Shown piece by piece: positions 17,563 through 26,931 of a DNA stretch of 64,000 bases; the first letter of the stretch is position 1, and every line of letters begins with the position of its first letter. The translations under genes were made by a program, and so were the position numbers. The notes beneath the pieces were generated by a model. It saw nothing but the letters and a program-made list of their open reading frames with translations, had not been told where the DNA came from and ran no database searches. The stretch comes from Methanobacteriota archaeon (GTDB lineage: Archaea; Thermoplasmatota; Thermoplasmata; SG8-5; DAIRED01): NCBI GenBank assembly GCA_043799545.1, contig JAZDNO010000026.1, positions 76,340-140,339 of the forward strand, given 5' to 3'.

Positions 17563-17934
17563 ATGGAAAAAATCCATTCCATCAGGTTGAAGGTCCTGAG
17601 GATGATTCTGGCGGCCTCGCGCGACCAGTACCCGAACGAGTTCTCGGCCGCCCTTCGCGCCAAGGACGGCGTCGTCACCGAGCTTCTGCTCATGCCCGGA
17701 ACGACGTCAGGCAGGAGGAGCGCCATACCCGGAATCCACAATCTGGCCATAGACTTCTCGGTGGCCGGGAGCGTCCACTCGCACCCTAGCGGATACCCCA
17801 TCCCTTCGGATGCCGATTTGAATTTCTTCCAGAAGTTCGGCACTGTGCACATCATCGTGGCCAGGCCGTACGGGGAGAACGACTGGATGGCCTACGACAT
17901 AAGGGGAAACCGTGTAAAACTGGAAGTGGTTTGA
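17563..17934 (+). CDS. MPN/JAMM (Mov34) metalloprotease, desampylase-like
   Basis: YPNE glutamate plus JAMM motif HSHPSG...PSDADL. Confidence 0.9.
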   Translation: MEKIHSIRLKVLRMILAASRDQYPNEFSAALRAKDGVVTELLLMPGTTSGRRSAIPGIHNLAIDFSVAGSVHSHPSGYPIPSDADLNFFQKFGTVHIIVARPYGENDWMAYDIRGNRVKLEVV

Positions 17935-17983
17935 GCTTTTTTTCAATCGGCGATGCACTTCGCCTGACTGGAGCGTCGTTGTT

Positions 17984-18610
17984 TCAAAGGGCGTAGCTCT
18001 CGCCGGGCTGGAACGTCGATTTCAGGTAGTCCAGCAGCATCTGCCTGTTCTTTCTCAGGTGCGACTCGTACCAGGTCTTGACCAATCCTGCGAAGATGTC
18101 GTGGACCGCGTCCAGGTCGAACGAGTCCAGCGGCGAGTCGTACAGCACGTACTGGCCGAAGATGCGCTTCCACCCCGAATACTTGTAGTAGTGCTCGCCC
18201 TCGCAATACTCGAACGTTATCCTTGCGTGGGTCACGCCCTCTTCGACGTAGTAGCGAGCCTTCAGCGTGTCTCCGATGCGGCCCTGCTCCTGCGTCCTGT
18301 CTGTGACGAGAATCTGGTTCAGCTCCCCGAAGTTGTAGTTGTCCTTCAACGCCCACTCGAAGGGATACCTCTCGAACTTTGCGAACTTCTCATGCGGCGG
18401 GTCTATGGCATAGTGTATCCCTATCTGCTCGAACCTGAGCAGCACCTTCCAGAAATCTGCAACGAGGTTCTTATTGAGCTCGAACTTCTTCGTGTACTGC
18501 GCGTCCACGGTGCGTTCGATCTCGTTTGTCTTCTTGCTCAGCTCAGTCTCGAGCGCTTCGAACCAATCGCCGGTTTTCTCGGCTTTCTTTGCGGCCTTCC
18601 TTCGAGCCAT
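17984..18610 (-). CDS. Conserved hypothetical protein
   Basis: About 208 aa with strong host codon bias; start MARRKAAKK at 18610. No family recognised. Confidence 0.75.
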   Translation of the reverse strand: MARRKAAKKAEKTGDWFEALETELSKKTNEIERTVDAQYTKKFELNKNLVADFWKVLLRFEQIGIHYAIDPPHEKFAKFERYPFEWALKDNYNFGELNQILVTDRTQEQGRIGDTLKARYYVEEGVTHARITFEYCEGEHYYKYSGWKRIFGQYVLYDSPLDSFDLDAVHDIFAGLVKTWYESHLRKNRQMLLDYLKSTFQPGESYAL

Positions 18611-18804
18611 TGCCATTCCCCAACGCAGGATATACTCCCTGCATATAAACGTTGTGCAAATGACCCCGCGCGGCGGCAACGCCAGCAATCGTGGAGCCGT
18701 GCTGAGACGCAATTCTTCCGCACGTCGAAGATTTTATAAGGTACGTCGCTTTTTACACCTCGTAAACCATATATGGCTTGACTTGTGCGCGCGAAGGAGG
18801 GTAA

Positions 18805-20847
18805 ATGCCGATTTTTGGCGGGGGCAAGAAGGATGGCAAGAAGGAGAAAAAAAGCAAATCCGTGGGGCATATAGAGGAAATCCTCAACGACGCCGACAAG
18901 CTTCTCCAAAGCGGTGACATCGACAAGGCCGCCGCGGAATACCGCAGGGCGCACCGCACGCTTTACAAGGATGAGAACCTCAGCTCCGACCCGCTTGATT
19001 TTTCGAAGGTCTTCACGCGGACTGGCCACGGTCTTTTCGAGACCGAGGAAATAGACCGGTCGATCGAGTGCTTCGAGAAGGCCGCGCAGTTGGACCCGAA
19101 AAACGTCGACGCCTGGCTAAGCAAGGGGATAGCCCACCTGAAGACGAAGCAGATGCTCAACTACGCGGTCCTGTGCTTCAACGAGGTCATCAAGCTCAAG
19201 CCCAACAGCGAGGAGGCCTGGGAGAACAAGGCGGAGACCCTGATTCTCGACGACAAGAAGAGCGAGGCCATAGAGTGCTACGAGAAGCTGGTGGAGCTCA
19301 ACCCCCAGAAGGAGAAGTACCGCAAGAAGCTGGATGAGCTCTCTCCGATGACTTCGGAGGCTCTGGATGCGAAGCTCGCCGAGGAGCCCGACAGCGTGGA
19401 GCTGCTGACCAAGAAGGCAGGCCTGCTCCTCCGGGAACAGCGCAGCGCGGAAGCCGTGGAGGTGTACGTCAAGCTGCTCGAGCTGAATCCGAAGGACATC
19501 GGCTGGCCGAAGAAGATACTGGAGCTCCAGCCCGAGAATCTGACGGCCATCAACAGGCTGCTCGTCAACACCCCCAAGGACATTGACCTCCTGAAGATGA
19601 AGGCCTCCGCCCTCCTTTCAAAGAAACGCATGGCCGATGCCATCGAGACCTACGCAATCCTCGGTGAGCTGGAACCCACGAACTCTGAGCACTTCTACAA
19701 GATGCTGGAGCTCAACCCCCACAACATCGTGGCCATGGAGAAGGTCATAGCGCTCGAACCTGACAACCTCGGCCTGCACGAGAGGCGCGCGGTCGGGCTG
19801 CTCGAACAGGGAAGGAAGAACGACGCCATAGAGGAATACGAGAAGCTTGTCAATGCCGCCCCCGACAACCAGAAGTACGCCGAGGAATTGAAGAAGCTGA
19901 AACCCAGCGAGAAGGACGTCCTTGAGAAGCGCGGAATCGAGATGATGGCGATGGGGGAGAAGGCGCAGGCGCTGGAAATCTACGAAAAGCTGCTTTCCAT
20001 GGAACCGGGAAACCCGAAATTCGAGGAGATGATTCGGAAGCTGAAGCCCGCGCCCAAACCCGAGCCTAAGCCAGAACCCAAGGCCGAGCCTAAACTTGAG
20101 CCAAAGGTCGAGCCCGCAAAGCCCGTTGCAATCGCCGAGCCCACCGTAACGCCGAAGCCGGAAGCGAAACTCGACGAGATGGCTGCCGTGGACGCGGCTC
20201 TGAAGAAGAACCCCAAGGACACCGCCGCGATACTCAAGAAGGCGCAGCTCCACGAGAAGCGCGGCGAGAAGGAGATGGCGGCCAGGAACTACCAGCGGCT
20301 CCTCGCGCTCGAGCCCGAGAACCTCGATTACATCGACATGGTCCTCAAGTTCAAACCGGACGACGTTAACCTACTCACTGCCAAGGGCGACAAGGCGTAC
20401 GAGAAGGAGGACTTCAAGCGCGCCCTGGAGGCGTTCGACAGGCTGTCCGTCCTCCAGCCGACCGACGAGAACAACTGGCACAACAAAGGCGCCGTCCTGT
20501 ACAACATGGACGACTACGCCGAGGCCGTTAAGTGCTTCGACAAGGTGCTGGAGATGAACCAGGACGACACGGTCGCCTGGCTCACCAAGGGCGTGTGCCA
20601 ATACAAGATGGGCAAGTGGGAGGATTCCATCGCCAGCCTCAACAACGTCGTGAAGAGGGACATGAACGAGGCCGCCGCGTGGTTCTACAAGTCCGCCGCC
20701 GAGGCGAGGCGCGGCAACATGAAGCCTGTCGTGGCGTTCCTGAAAAGGGCCATAGACCTGGACGCGAGCTACAAGGAGACCGCCGCGGGGGACGAGGCCT
20801 TCGCCGCCGTGAAGAGCGACCCATCGTTCCAGAGCCTGGTGAAATGA
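18805..20847 (+). CDS. Tetratricopeptide repeat protein (680 aa) with PEPK linker
   Basis: Multiple TPRs (AWLSKG, AWENKA, WHNKG, AWLTKG, AWFYKS); SD GGAGG upstream. Confidence 0.88.
   Translation: MPIFGGGKKDGKKEKKSKSVGHIEEILNDADKLLQSGDIDKAAAEYRRAHRTLYKDENLSSDPLDFSKVFTRTGHGLFETEEIDRSIECFEKAAQLDPKNVDAWLSKGIAHLKTKQMLNYAVLCFNEVIKLKPNSEEAWENKAETLILDDKKSEAIECYEKLVELNPQKEKYRKKLDELSPMTSEALDAKLAEEPDSVELLTKKAGLLLREQRSAEAVEVYVKLLELNPKDIGWPKKILELQPENLTAINRLLVNTPKDIDLLKMKASALLSKKRMADAIETYAILGELEPTNSEHFYKMLELNPHNIVAMEKVIALEPDNLGLHERRAVGLLEQGRKNDAIEEYEKLVNAAPDNQKYAEELKKLKPSEKDVLEKRGIEMMAMGEKAQALEIYEKLLSMEPGNPKFEEMIRKLKPAPKPEPKPEPKAEPKLEPKVEPAKPVAIAEPTVTPKPEAKLDEMAAVDAALKKNPKDTAAILKKAQLHEKRGEKEMAARNYQRLLALEPENLDYIDMVLKFKPDDVNLLTAKGDKAYEKEDFKRALEAFDRLSVLQPTDENNWHNKGAVLYNMDDYAEAVKCFDKVLEMNQDDTVAWLTKGVCQYKMGKWEDSIASLNNVVKRDMNEAAAWFYKSAAEARRGNMKPVVAFLKRAIDLDASYKETAAGDEAFAAVKSDPSFQSLVK
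20047..20121 (+). repeat. Low-complexity 4-aa repeat (PKPE/PKAE/PKLE/PKVE) in the TPR protein
   Basis: PAPKPEPKPEPKAEPKLEPKVEPAK; 12-nt degenerate period. Confidence 0.85.
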
Positions 20848-20855
20848 GGTGCTGA

Positions 20856-21815
20856 ATGGACGACGTGTGGGTTGAGAAATATAGGCCGCGGGTGCTCACG
20901 GACGTCGTGGGCCAGGGCGACATCGTCGACAGGCTCAGGGCGTACGTCGCGAGCGGCAACCTCCCCCACATCCTGTTCGCCGGCGCCCCCGGAACAGGAA
21001 AGACCACCTGCGCCATAGCCCTCGCCAAGGAACTCTTCGGGGATGTCTGGAAGAACAACTTCCACGAGCTGAACGCCTCGGACGAGCGCGGGATAGACAT
21101 CGTCCGCGGCAAAATCAAGGACTTTGCCAGGACCGCGCCTTTCGGCGACGCCCCGTTCAAGATAATCTTCCTCGACGAGGCCGACGCTCTGACGAACGAC
21201 GCCCAGGCCGCGCTGCGGCGCACCATGGAGCGTTACACGTCCACCTGCCGGTTCGTGCTTTCCTGCAACTACTCGTCCAAGATAATCGAGCCCATCCAGT
21301 CCAGGTGCAGCGTCTTCAGGTTCAGGCGGCTGACGGACGAGGCGGTGCGCGGGTACCTCGGGCGCATAGCGCAGGCCGAGGGGCTCACGGTCGAGCCGGG
21401 CGCGATGGACGCGATAATCCATTTCGCCGAAGGGGACATGCGCAGGGCCACGAACGCGCTCCAAGTGGCGGCAGCGTCGACGAAGAAGATAGACCAGGAG
21501 CAAATCTACACGGCCACGGCGACGGCCCGCCCCGGAGAGATACGCGAGCTGCTGGAAATCGCCGTTTCGGGTTCGTTCGGGGACGCCCGGAAGCGCCTGG
21601 ACGGCCTGCTGGTCAGCTACGGGCTGTCCGGCGAGGACCTCATCCGGCAGATGCACAGGGAGCTGGTCGAGTCGACGATAGACGACTCGCTCAAGGTCCA
21701 GATAGCGGACAGGATGGGCGAGACGGAGTTCAGGCTCGTCGGCGGGGCGAGCGAGAGGATACAGATATTGGCGCTGCTGGCGTACATGGCCAGCCTAGGG
21801 AAGAAGAAAGCCTGA
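20856..21815 (+). CDS. rfcS: Replication factor C small subunit
   Basis: WVEKYRP, GAPGTGKTT, ELNASDERG, DEAD, SRC, GDMRRATNALQ. Confidence 0.97.
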   Translation: MDDVWVEKYRPRVLTDVVGQGDIVDRLRAYVASGNLPHILFAGAPGTGKTTCAIALAKELFGDVWKNNFHELNASDERGIDIVRGKIKDFARTAPFGDAPFKIIFLDEADALTNDAQAALRRTMERYTSTCRFVLSCNYSSKIIEPIQSRCSVFRFRRLTDEAVRGYLGRIAQAEGLTVEPGAMDAIIHFAEGDMRRATNALQVAAASTKKIDQEQIYTATATARPGEIRELLEIAVSGSFGDARKRLDGLLVSYGLSGEDLIRQMHRELVESTIDDSLKVQIADRMGETEFRLVGGASERIQILALLAYMASLGKKKA

Positions 21816-21837
21816 ATCTATTTTTCTCCAAACCATC

Positions 21838-22353
21838 TCAGTAGTTGAATCTCCACCGTTCCAGCACCGGAGTCTGGTTGATGGTCGGGTTCTCCGCAAT
21901 CTCCTCTTCGAACTCCTCCTTCTCGTGCTTCAGGAGCTCGTAGTGGCCCTTCTCCATCAGCGCCAGGCGCTTGTAGAACTTCTTGTTCTCCTTCTGGTGG
22001 TGGGCTAAAAACTTGTAGACCTTCTGCGCGTTGTGCTCGTTCTGCATTCCGATCGTCAGCGCCTCTATCATGTTCTGGACTGTCTCGATGTGTATCGTGC
22101 TCTCGAAGGGGGGCAGGCCCTCGGGAACCTTGTAATTCTCATCCCCGAAGCTCTTCTTGTAGAGGCACAGCAGAGCCTTCTTGTGGACGTCCTCGTCGTT
22201 GGCCATCTGCTCGAACCTGTGGGAGACCATCTCGTTGATGTTCTCGTCCTTGACGAGGTGGCGGTAGAACTTCGCCGAGGCCTCCTCGGAGGCGATGGCG
22301 TAACCGAGGATGTCCTGCACGGGCATGGTCTTCAACTTCTCGTAGACGTACAT
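21838..22353 (-). CDS. Ferritin-like / rubrerythrin family di-iron protein
   Basis: AIASEEASAKFY...DEDVH...NEHNAQKVY...MEKGH (paired ExxH motifs). Confidence 0.9.
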   Translation of the reverse strand: MYVYEKLKTMPVQDILGYAIASEEASAKFYRHLVKDENINEMVSHRFEQMANDEDVHKKALLCLYKKSFGDENYKVPEGLPPFESTIHIETVQNMIEALTIGMQNEHNAQKVYKFLAHHQKENKKFYKRLALMEKGHYELLKHEKEEFEEEIAENPTINQTPVLERWRFNY

Positions 22354-22375
22354 GAAGTTGGGGATTGGTTGTACA

Positions 22376-22383
22376 TATATAAA
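22376..22383 (-). promoter_or_regulatory. TATA box for leaderless ferritin-like gene
   Basis: TTTATATA preceded by AAAA (BRE-like), about 23 bp upstream of ATG 22353. Confidence 0.7.
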
Positions 22384-22465
22384 TTTTCTCAGAGCGCCTC
22401 GGATGCGCCGCCCGCAGCATCTCCCCCAATGCCAAAGCGGGAACTCCCGCGCTACGCTGGATTCC

Positions 22466-23446
22466 TCATAGCCCGTCCGCGCCCAACTTCTTCATCTTCT
22501 TGACGTTGTAGTAGTTGACGTCCTCGGGGTTCTTGATGCGCCCGTCCCTGAATGCCCCCGCGACCTCGCGTATCGCGTCGCGTATCGTCTTCCTGGGCTC
22601 GTATCCCAGCACACGCTTGATCTTCTCGGAGGAAATGTGGTACGAGCGCGGGTCGTTCGTGGGCTCGGTGGCGATGGCCACGTCCTCCCCGACCTCGGCC
22701 CTCACCATCTCGGCAATCTCCATGACCGTGTGGTTCTCGTAGCCCGCGTTGAATGCCTGGCCTCCCAGCTTGGATGCGGGGGCTTTGAGAAGCCTTTCGT
22801 AGTAGTCGCATATGTCCCAGATGTGGATGTTCGGGCGCTTCTGCGCTCCTCCGAAGACGCGGATGCGCCTGTTCAGGAGCGCGTGCATCGTAAGTATGTT
22901 CACGGTGAGGTCCAGCCGCATGCGGGGCGACCAGCCGCAAACGGTCGCTGGCCGTATGCTGAAAGCGCAGAATTCCGGCGAGTTCTCCGCATGCACCGCT
23001 CTCTCCGCCTCGGCCTTGGTCTTGGAGTAAACCGTGAGCGGCTCCAAGGGCAAATCCTCGGTGACGTTCGGCGCCTCCTTCACTCCGTACACGCTAGAAG
23101 TGCTCACGTTCACGAACCTTTCCACGCCCGCCTTCTTTGCCGCCTTTACAAGCCTGACCACCGCGTCGTAGTTCACCTGCCGGGTCAGCTCCGGGTTGAG
23201 GTCCGATGAAGGGTCGTTCGATATCGATGCCAGGTGAAGGACGGCCTCTTGCCCCTGCAGAAGCCCGCCCATGTCGTTGCGGATGTCGTCTTTCACAATG
23301 CGGGCCTCCTTCTTAACTTTGGCCAGTCCGGCGTCGCCGAAGTACATCGTATCGACGACGGTGACCTCGTGCCCCCTTTCGACCAGCATCTCGCACAGCA
23401 CGCAGCCTACGTATCCCGCCCCGCCAGTCACCAAGACCTTTGTCAT
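22466..23446 (-). CDS. NAD-dependent epimerase/dehydratase (extended SDR)
   Basis: VLVTGGAGYVG, STSSVYG, YSKTK; start MTKV at 23446. Confidence 0.92.
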   Translation of the reverse strand: MTKVLVTGGAGYVGCVLCEMLVERGHEVTVVDTMYFGDAGLAKVKKEARIVKDDIRNDMGGLLQGQEAVLHLASISNDPSSDLNPELTRQVNYDAVVRLVKAAKKAGVERFVNVSTSSVYGVKEAPNVTEDLPLEPLTVYSKTKAEAERAVHAENSPEFCAFSIRPATVCGWSPRMRLDLTVNILTMHALLNRRIRVFGGAQKRPNIHIWDICDYYERLLKAPASKLGGQAFNAGYENHTVMEIAEMVRAEVGEDVAIATEPTNDPRSYHISSEKIKRVLGYEPRKTIRDAIREVAGAFRDGRIKNPEDVNYYNVKKMKKLGADGL

Positions 23447-23518
23447 TTCAGACGCCTCCCGGACTTTCTGCCTGTGCCTGAGGGATAACACAGCATGGAT
23501 AAAAAACCGCTGCGCGCC

Positions 23519-24235
23519 TCAGCTGCGGGCGACGACGTAGATTTCTCCGCAGAACTCGGGCGGGATATTCCGGCTCAGCCTGTTCAGTCCGTCCAGGATT
23601 TCATCGCTCCAATCCAGCATCTGGACGTTGCTGAGCGGCTTCAGCATGATGCCTCCCCCCTCCAAGACTTTAAAACCGCTTCTTGCGACGGTGGCCCTCA
23701 GGGTTTTTATCGAGAAATACCTTCTGTGGCCCACGTCCAAATCGTTTTTCGACAACTCGCCCAAGTCGCCAATCATCCCCATCTCGACTCCCAGCCTTCT
23801 GTGGAACGACTCCTTGTTCGGCACGGTAACGATTATCTTGCCGCCCTCGGTCAGCCAGTTCTTTCTGATGTGGCGTAGCAGCGTCGTCGGCGACTTGACG
23901 TGTTCCAGGATGTGGCCGGCGATGACCATGTCGTACCTCCCATCCGGGAAGAAGTCCTCGAACATGGCGCAGTGGAACGTCGCCTTTGTGCAATTCCTTC
24001 TCGCTCTTGAAATAAGTTCTTCGGACCCGTCAATGGCATGGATGCCCCTGAAGTGGGCGGTCATCGCTTGGGTCAGGACGCCGTCCGCGCAGCCCACGTC
24101 GAGAATTCTCTTGGCTTTGTATTTTTTGCATAGTTCGATTATCTTACCGATCCTGTATTTGTTTATCTTGAAATCCTTACCCTGCTCGAGCGTGAACCCC
24201 TTGGAAACCCTCTCCAGCCGGATTTTCTCGGACAT
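23519..24235 (-). CDS. Class I SAM-dependent methyltransferase
   Basis: ILDVGCADG, AIDGS, GHILEHV, IIVTVPN; start MSEK at 24235. Confidence 0.9.
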   Translation of the reverse strand: MSEKIRLERVSKGFTLEQGKDFKINKYRIGKIIELCKKYKAKRILDVGCADGVLTQAMTAHFRGIHAIDGSEELISRARRNCTKATFHCAMFEDFFPDGRYDMVIAGHILEHVKSPTTLLRHIRKNWLTEGGKIIVTVPNKESFHRRLGVEMGMIGDLGELSKNDLDVGHRRYFSIKTLRATVARSGFKVLEGGGIMLKPLSNVQMLDWSDEILDGLNRLSRNIPPEFCGEIYVVARS

Positions 24236-24259
24236 GTGCATTATTGTCCTCCCCCTTCG

Positions 24260-24928
24260 CTAACCAACGCCCATATGGCTTTTGCGAGCGCCGCCAATCG
24301 TTATCTCGCCCCAGATTGCGGGCGGGTAGCAATCCACATCTCTTATCTCAACCGCCATCGTGGTCGTGTCCATCAAAGCAAACGTCGCCTTTTTGTTTGC
24401 GCCTCTCGGCTGCCCAACTGAGCCGGGATTTATAATCGTTTTGCCCGAGTCGTTATTCAGGAGCGGGTAGTGCGTATGCCCCATGATGACGATTTCCTCC
24501 TTGATGTTTTGAAAATCTGGAAACCGTTTCGAGTCCGGGTAGATGTACTCCTCCAACGGGTCCCACGGGCTGCCATGGCAGATGAGAGCCTTCCGCCCCC
24601 CGAGGGATGTTGACAGGGTCGGTGAGAGCCCGCGCAGGAAACGCATGTTCTCAGGCGAGATTTTCCCGCGGCTGTATTCGGCGGACTTCTTTATCTTCTC
24701 GTCCTTCCCCGATGGCGCGCCGCGGAGGAGGTAGCTGTCGTGGTTCCCCAAAACGCTCAACGAATCGACATGCAAGCCCCTGAATCGGTCCATCGCCTCG
24801 TTGACTTCGGTGTGAAAGCCTGTGAAATCTCCGCAATTGACAACCATATCCACCTCTCCCATCATCTTCAGGACCGACGCGAGGCCGATTGCGTTGGCGT
24901 GGATGTCCGAGATTATCCCCACCTTCAT
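24260..24928 (-). CDS. Metallophosphoesterase (YfcE/calcineurin-like)
   Basis: SDIHAN, CGD, GNHD, CHGSP, GHTH, NPGSVGQPR. Confidence 0.92.
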   Translation of the reverse strand: MKVGIISDIHANAIGLASVLKMMGEVDMVVNCGDFTGFHTEVNEAMDRFRGLHVDSLSVLGNHDSYLLRGAPSGKDEKIKKSAEYSRGKISPENMRFLRGLSPTLSTSLGGRKALICHGSPWDPLEEYIYPDSKRFPDFQNIKEEIVIMGHTHYPLLNNDSGKTIINPGSVGQPRGANKKATFALMDTTTMAVEIRDVDCYPPAIWGEITIGGARKSHMGVG

Positions 24929-25974
24929 TAAAAACCCTCGAACAGTCTTGAACGGGGGCTATCCAGATGCCCATCCTGCCTCATCCGCTCGTAATCCTTT
25001 ATAGAGACAAGGACCTCGTTCATGTACCTCATCGAAACTCCCGTTCTCCATTTCAGAGAGGAAGAAATGTCTGGCTCACCCAGGACGAAATGCCGCACCG
25101 CAGCCTCGGGGGCGTTGTATCCCATCTGCGCCCTCATCCCGTCGGAGCAAGAGAATCTGGGGTTAATCTCGAATATGACCGGGCCGCGAGATGTCAGCCT
25201 GAACTGGAAGTTGATGGGCCCTTTAGCCTTCAGCGCGAAGGCGACCTTGCGGAGGTCCTTGTTGATTTCCTTGTAATCGTCCACGATGCCCCTGTACGTG
25301 CCTCCGGCCACGAGCTCCCTCTTCATCGCGATGGTCCCTTGGCACTTGGATTTGGAGTCGAAGAACAGGCCGGCGGTGTACTCCTCGTCGTCGGGCTCCA
25401 GATACTCCTGCAGCACCGAGGGCTTCTTCGGGTTGTGGAGCCGCTTGAGCATCTCCCGGCTATCAATCTTGAAAACCCCCTTGGCGGCGCAGCCCTCGTT
25501 TGGCTTGAGTATCAGGGGAAAACCGCACTTGTCGATGAGGCGCCCGACATCTTCGCTGTCGCCGGCGTCTGCTGTTTCCGGATACCGGAATCCACCGTCC
25601 TTGAGAAATCTGTACGTCAGATACTTGTCCGCGCACATGTCCACAATCTTCGAATCGCTCGTCAGTACGACAGCATCCGTGCCATTTTCTATCAGCTTTT
25701 TGTTTTTCGCGATGACAGGGACCTCTGGCGTGGAGGCCACCATGACGATTTGCACCTTTTCTTTGTTGCAGATGTCTATCAACCTAGGTATATATTCCTT
25801 GGTGTTGGCGAACGGCATGATGTATGCCGCGTCAGCCCTGTACAACCCGGCAGACATCGGCTCCGCATCCAGGCCGACGATTCTGCAGGGCACTTTCGAA
25901 ATCCGAAGGCCCTTCATCACGCTTTGGCCGGGGGTTCCACCAACACCGGTCACCAACGCCGTTACCTTTTTCAT
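24928..25974 (-). CDS. ATP-grasp domain protein (carbamoyl-phosphate-synthase-like)
   Basis: LVTGVGG, PLILKPNEG, LQEYL, EYT, INFQF, FEINPRFS. Confidence 0.9.
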   Translation of the reverse strand: MKKVTALVTGVGGTPGQSVMKGLRISKVPCRIVGLDAEPMSAGLYRADAAYIMPFANTKEYIPRLIDICNKEKVQIVMVASTPEVPVIAKNKKLIENGTDAVVLTSDSKIVDMCADKYLTYRFLKDGGFRYPETADAGDSEDVGRLIDKCGFPLILKPNEGCAAKGVFKIDSREMLKRLHNPKKPSVLQEYLEPDDEEYTAGLFFDSKSKCQGTIAMKRELVAGGTYRGIVDDYKEINKDLRKVAFALKAKGPINFQFRLTSRGPVIFEINPRFSCSDGMRAQMGYNAPEAAVRHFVLGEPDISSSLKWRTGVSMRYMNEVLVSIKDYERMRQDGHLDSPRSRLFEGF

Positions 25975-25976
25975 GG

Positions 25977-26894
25977 TTATCGCTCCAGCTCTTCGTGATA
26001 TTTATATTCTTTCAGTCCTGCCTTCAGAGTATAAGCTGGCGAAAATTTCAGCACTTTCCTGGCGCGGGAAATGTCGAAGCAGAAACGCTTGCCCGACGAT
26101 GGCTTGGACCGGTCGAAGCGAATCTTCGCTCGAGGGAACATCTTGACCAAATCTTCGGCCAGGCGCTTGACGCTGGTCTCCTTCCCGGATCCGATGTTGA
26201 CCACTCCCTCATACGTCGATGAGCCGGCTAGGACGACTGCCTCGGCAGCGTCCTTCACATACAGGAAGTCGAAGGAATCCTTACCGTCGCCCCAGATGAC
26301 GACCTCCTCGCATTTCTTCAGCTGCGCCATGAACCTCGGCAACACGAAATGCGGTTCCTGGCCGGGGCCGTAGACGGAGGAGAACCGCAGGATGATGACC
26401 TTCATTTTCGGGTCGCCGTTCCGCCTGCACAGCAGCTCCCCGACCATCTTGGTCACGCCGTACTCGTTTCCCGGGTCCATGACGCTCTCGTCCGCCCCGA
26501 GCCTGGATTTTCCATTGCAAACCGAATAACTTGACGTGTAAACAAAGCGCTTCGCGCCGCACATTCGCGCGCACTCCAGCAGGTTCCTCGTCCCGATGAC
26601 GTTCACCCTCGCGCACCTCTCGAGCTCCTCCTCGGACTTGCCGTTCGGGACGTAGGCCGCTAGGTGATAGATTTGGCTGAACGTTTTCCCTTTCAAGAAT
26701 TTTTTCAGCGCCGCAATATCAGAAATGTCCACCGCGTGGGCCTTCTGGCCAGCTACCGAGCCGCCACCGCGCGATATCCCGACGACCTTCTGACCGCGCT
26801 CTTTGAGTACTTCCATCAGCTCCCTTCCGATGAAGCCCGTGGCGCCCGTGACCAGAATCGTCTCCGGCTCCTTCTGGCCGCGCGGTTCCGCCAT
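25977..26894 (-). CDS. NAD-dependent epimerase/dehydratase (extended SDR)
   Basis: LVTGATGFIG, HLAA, YGVTK, LRFSSVYGPGQ. Confidence 0.9.
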   Translation of the reverse strand: MAEPRGQKEPETILVTGATGFIGRELMEVLKERGQKVVGISRGGGSVAGQKAHAVDISDIAALKKFLKGKTFSQIYHLAAYVPNGKSEEELERCARVNVIGTRNLLECARMCGAKRFVYTSSYSVCNGKSRLGADESVMDPGNEYGVTKMVGELLCRRNGDPKMKVIILRFSSVYGPGQEPHFVLPRFMAQLKKCEEVVIWGDGKDSFDFLYVKDAAEAVVLAGSSTYEGVVNIGSGKETSVKRLAEDLVKMFPRAKIRFDRSKPSSGKRFCFDISRARKVLKFSPAYTLKAGLKEYKYHEELER

Positions 26895-26931
26895 GCCGCC
26901 TAGCGCCTCCGCATCATGGGATTCCGGCCCG

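Noticed and set aside
17560-17565. Pyrrolysine read-through fusions at in-frame TAG-ATG junctions (also 39898-39903)
   Set aside because: An equivalent TAA-ATG junction occurs at 29463-29468, each downstream gene has its own normal N-terminus, and no pyl genes are in view. Translational coupling explains it.
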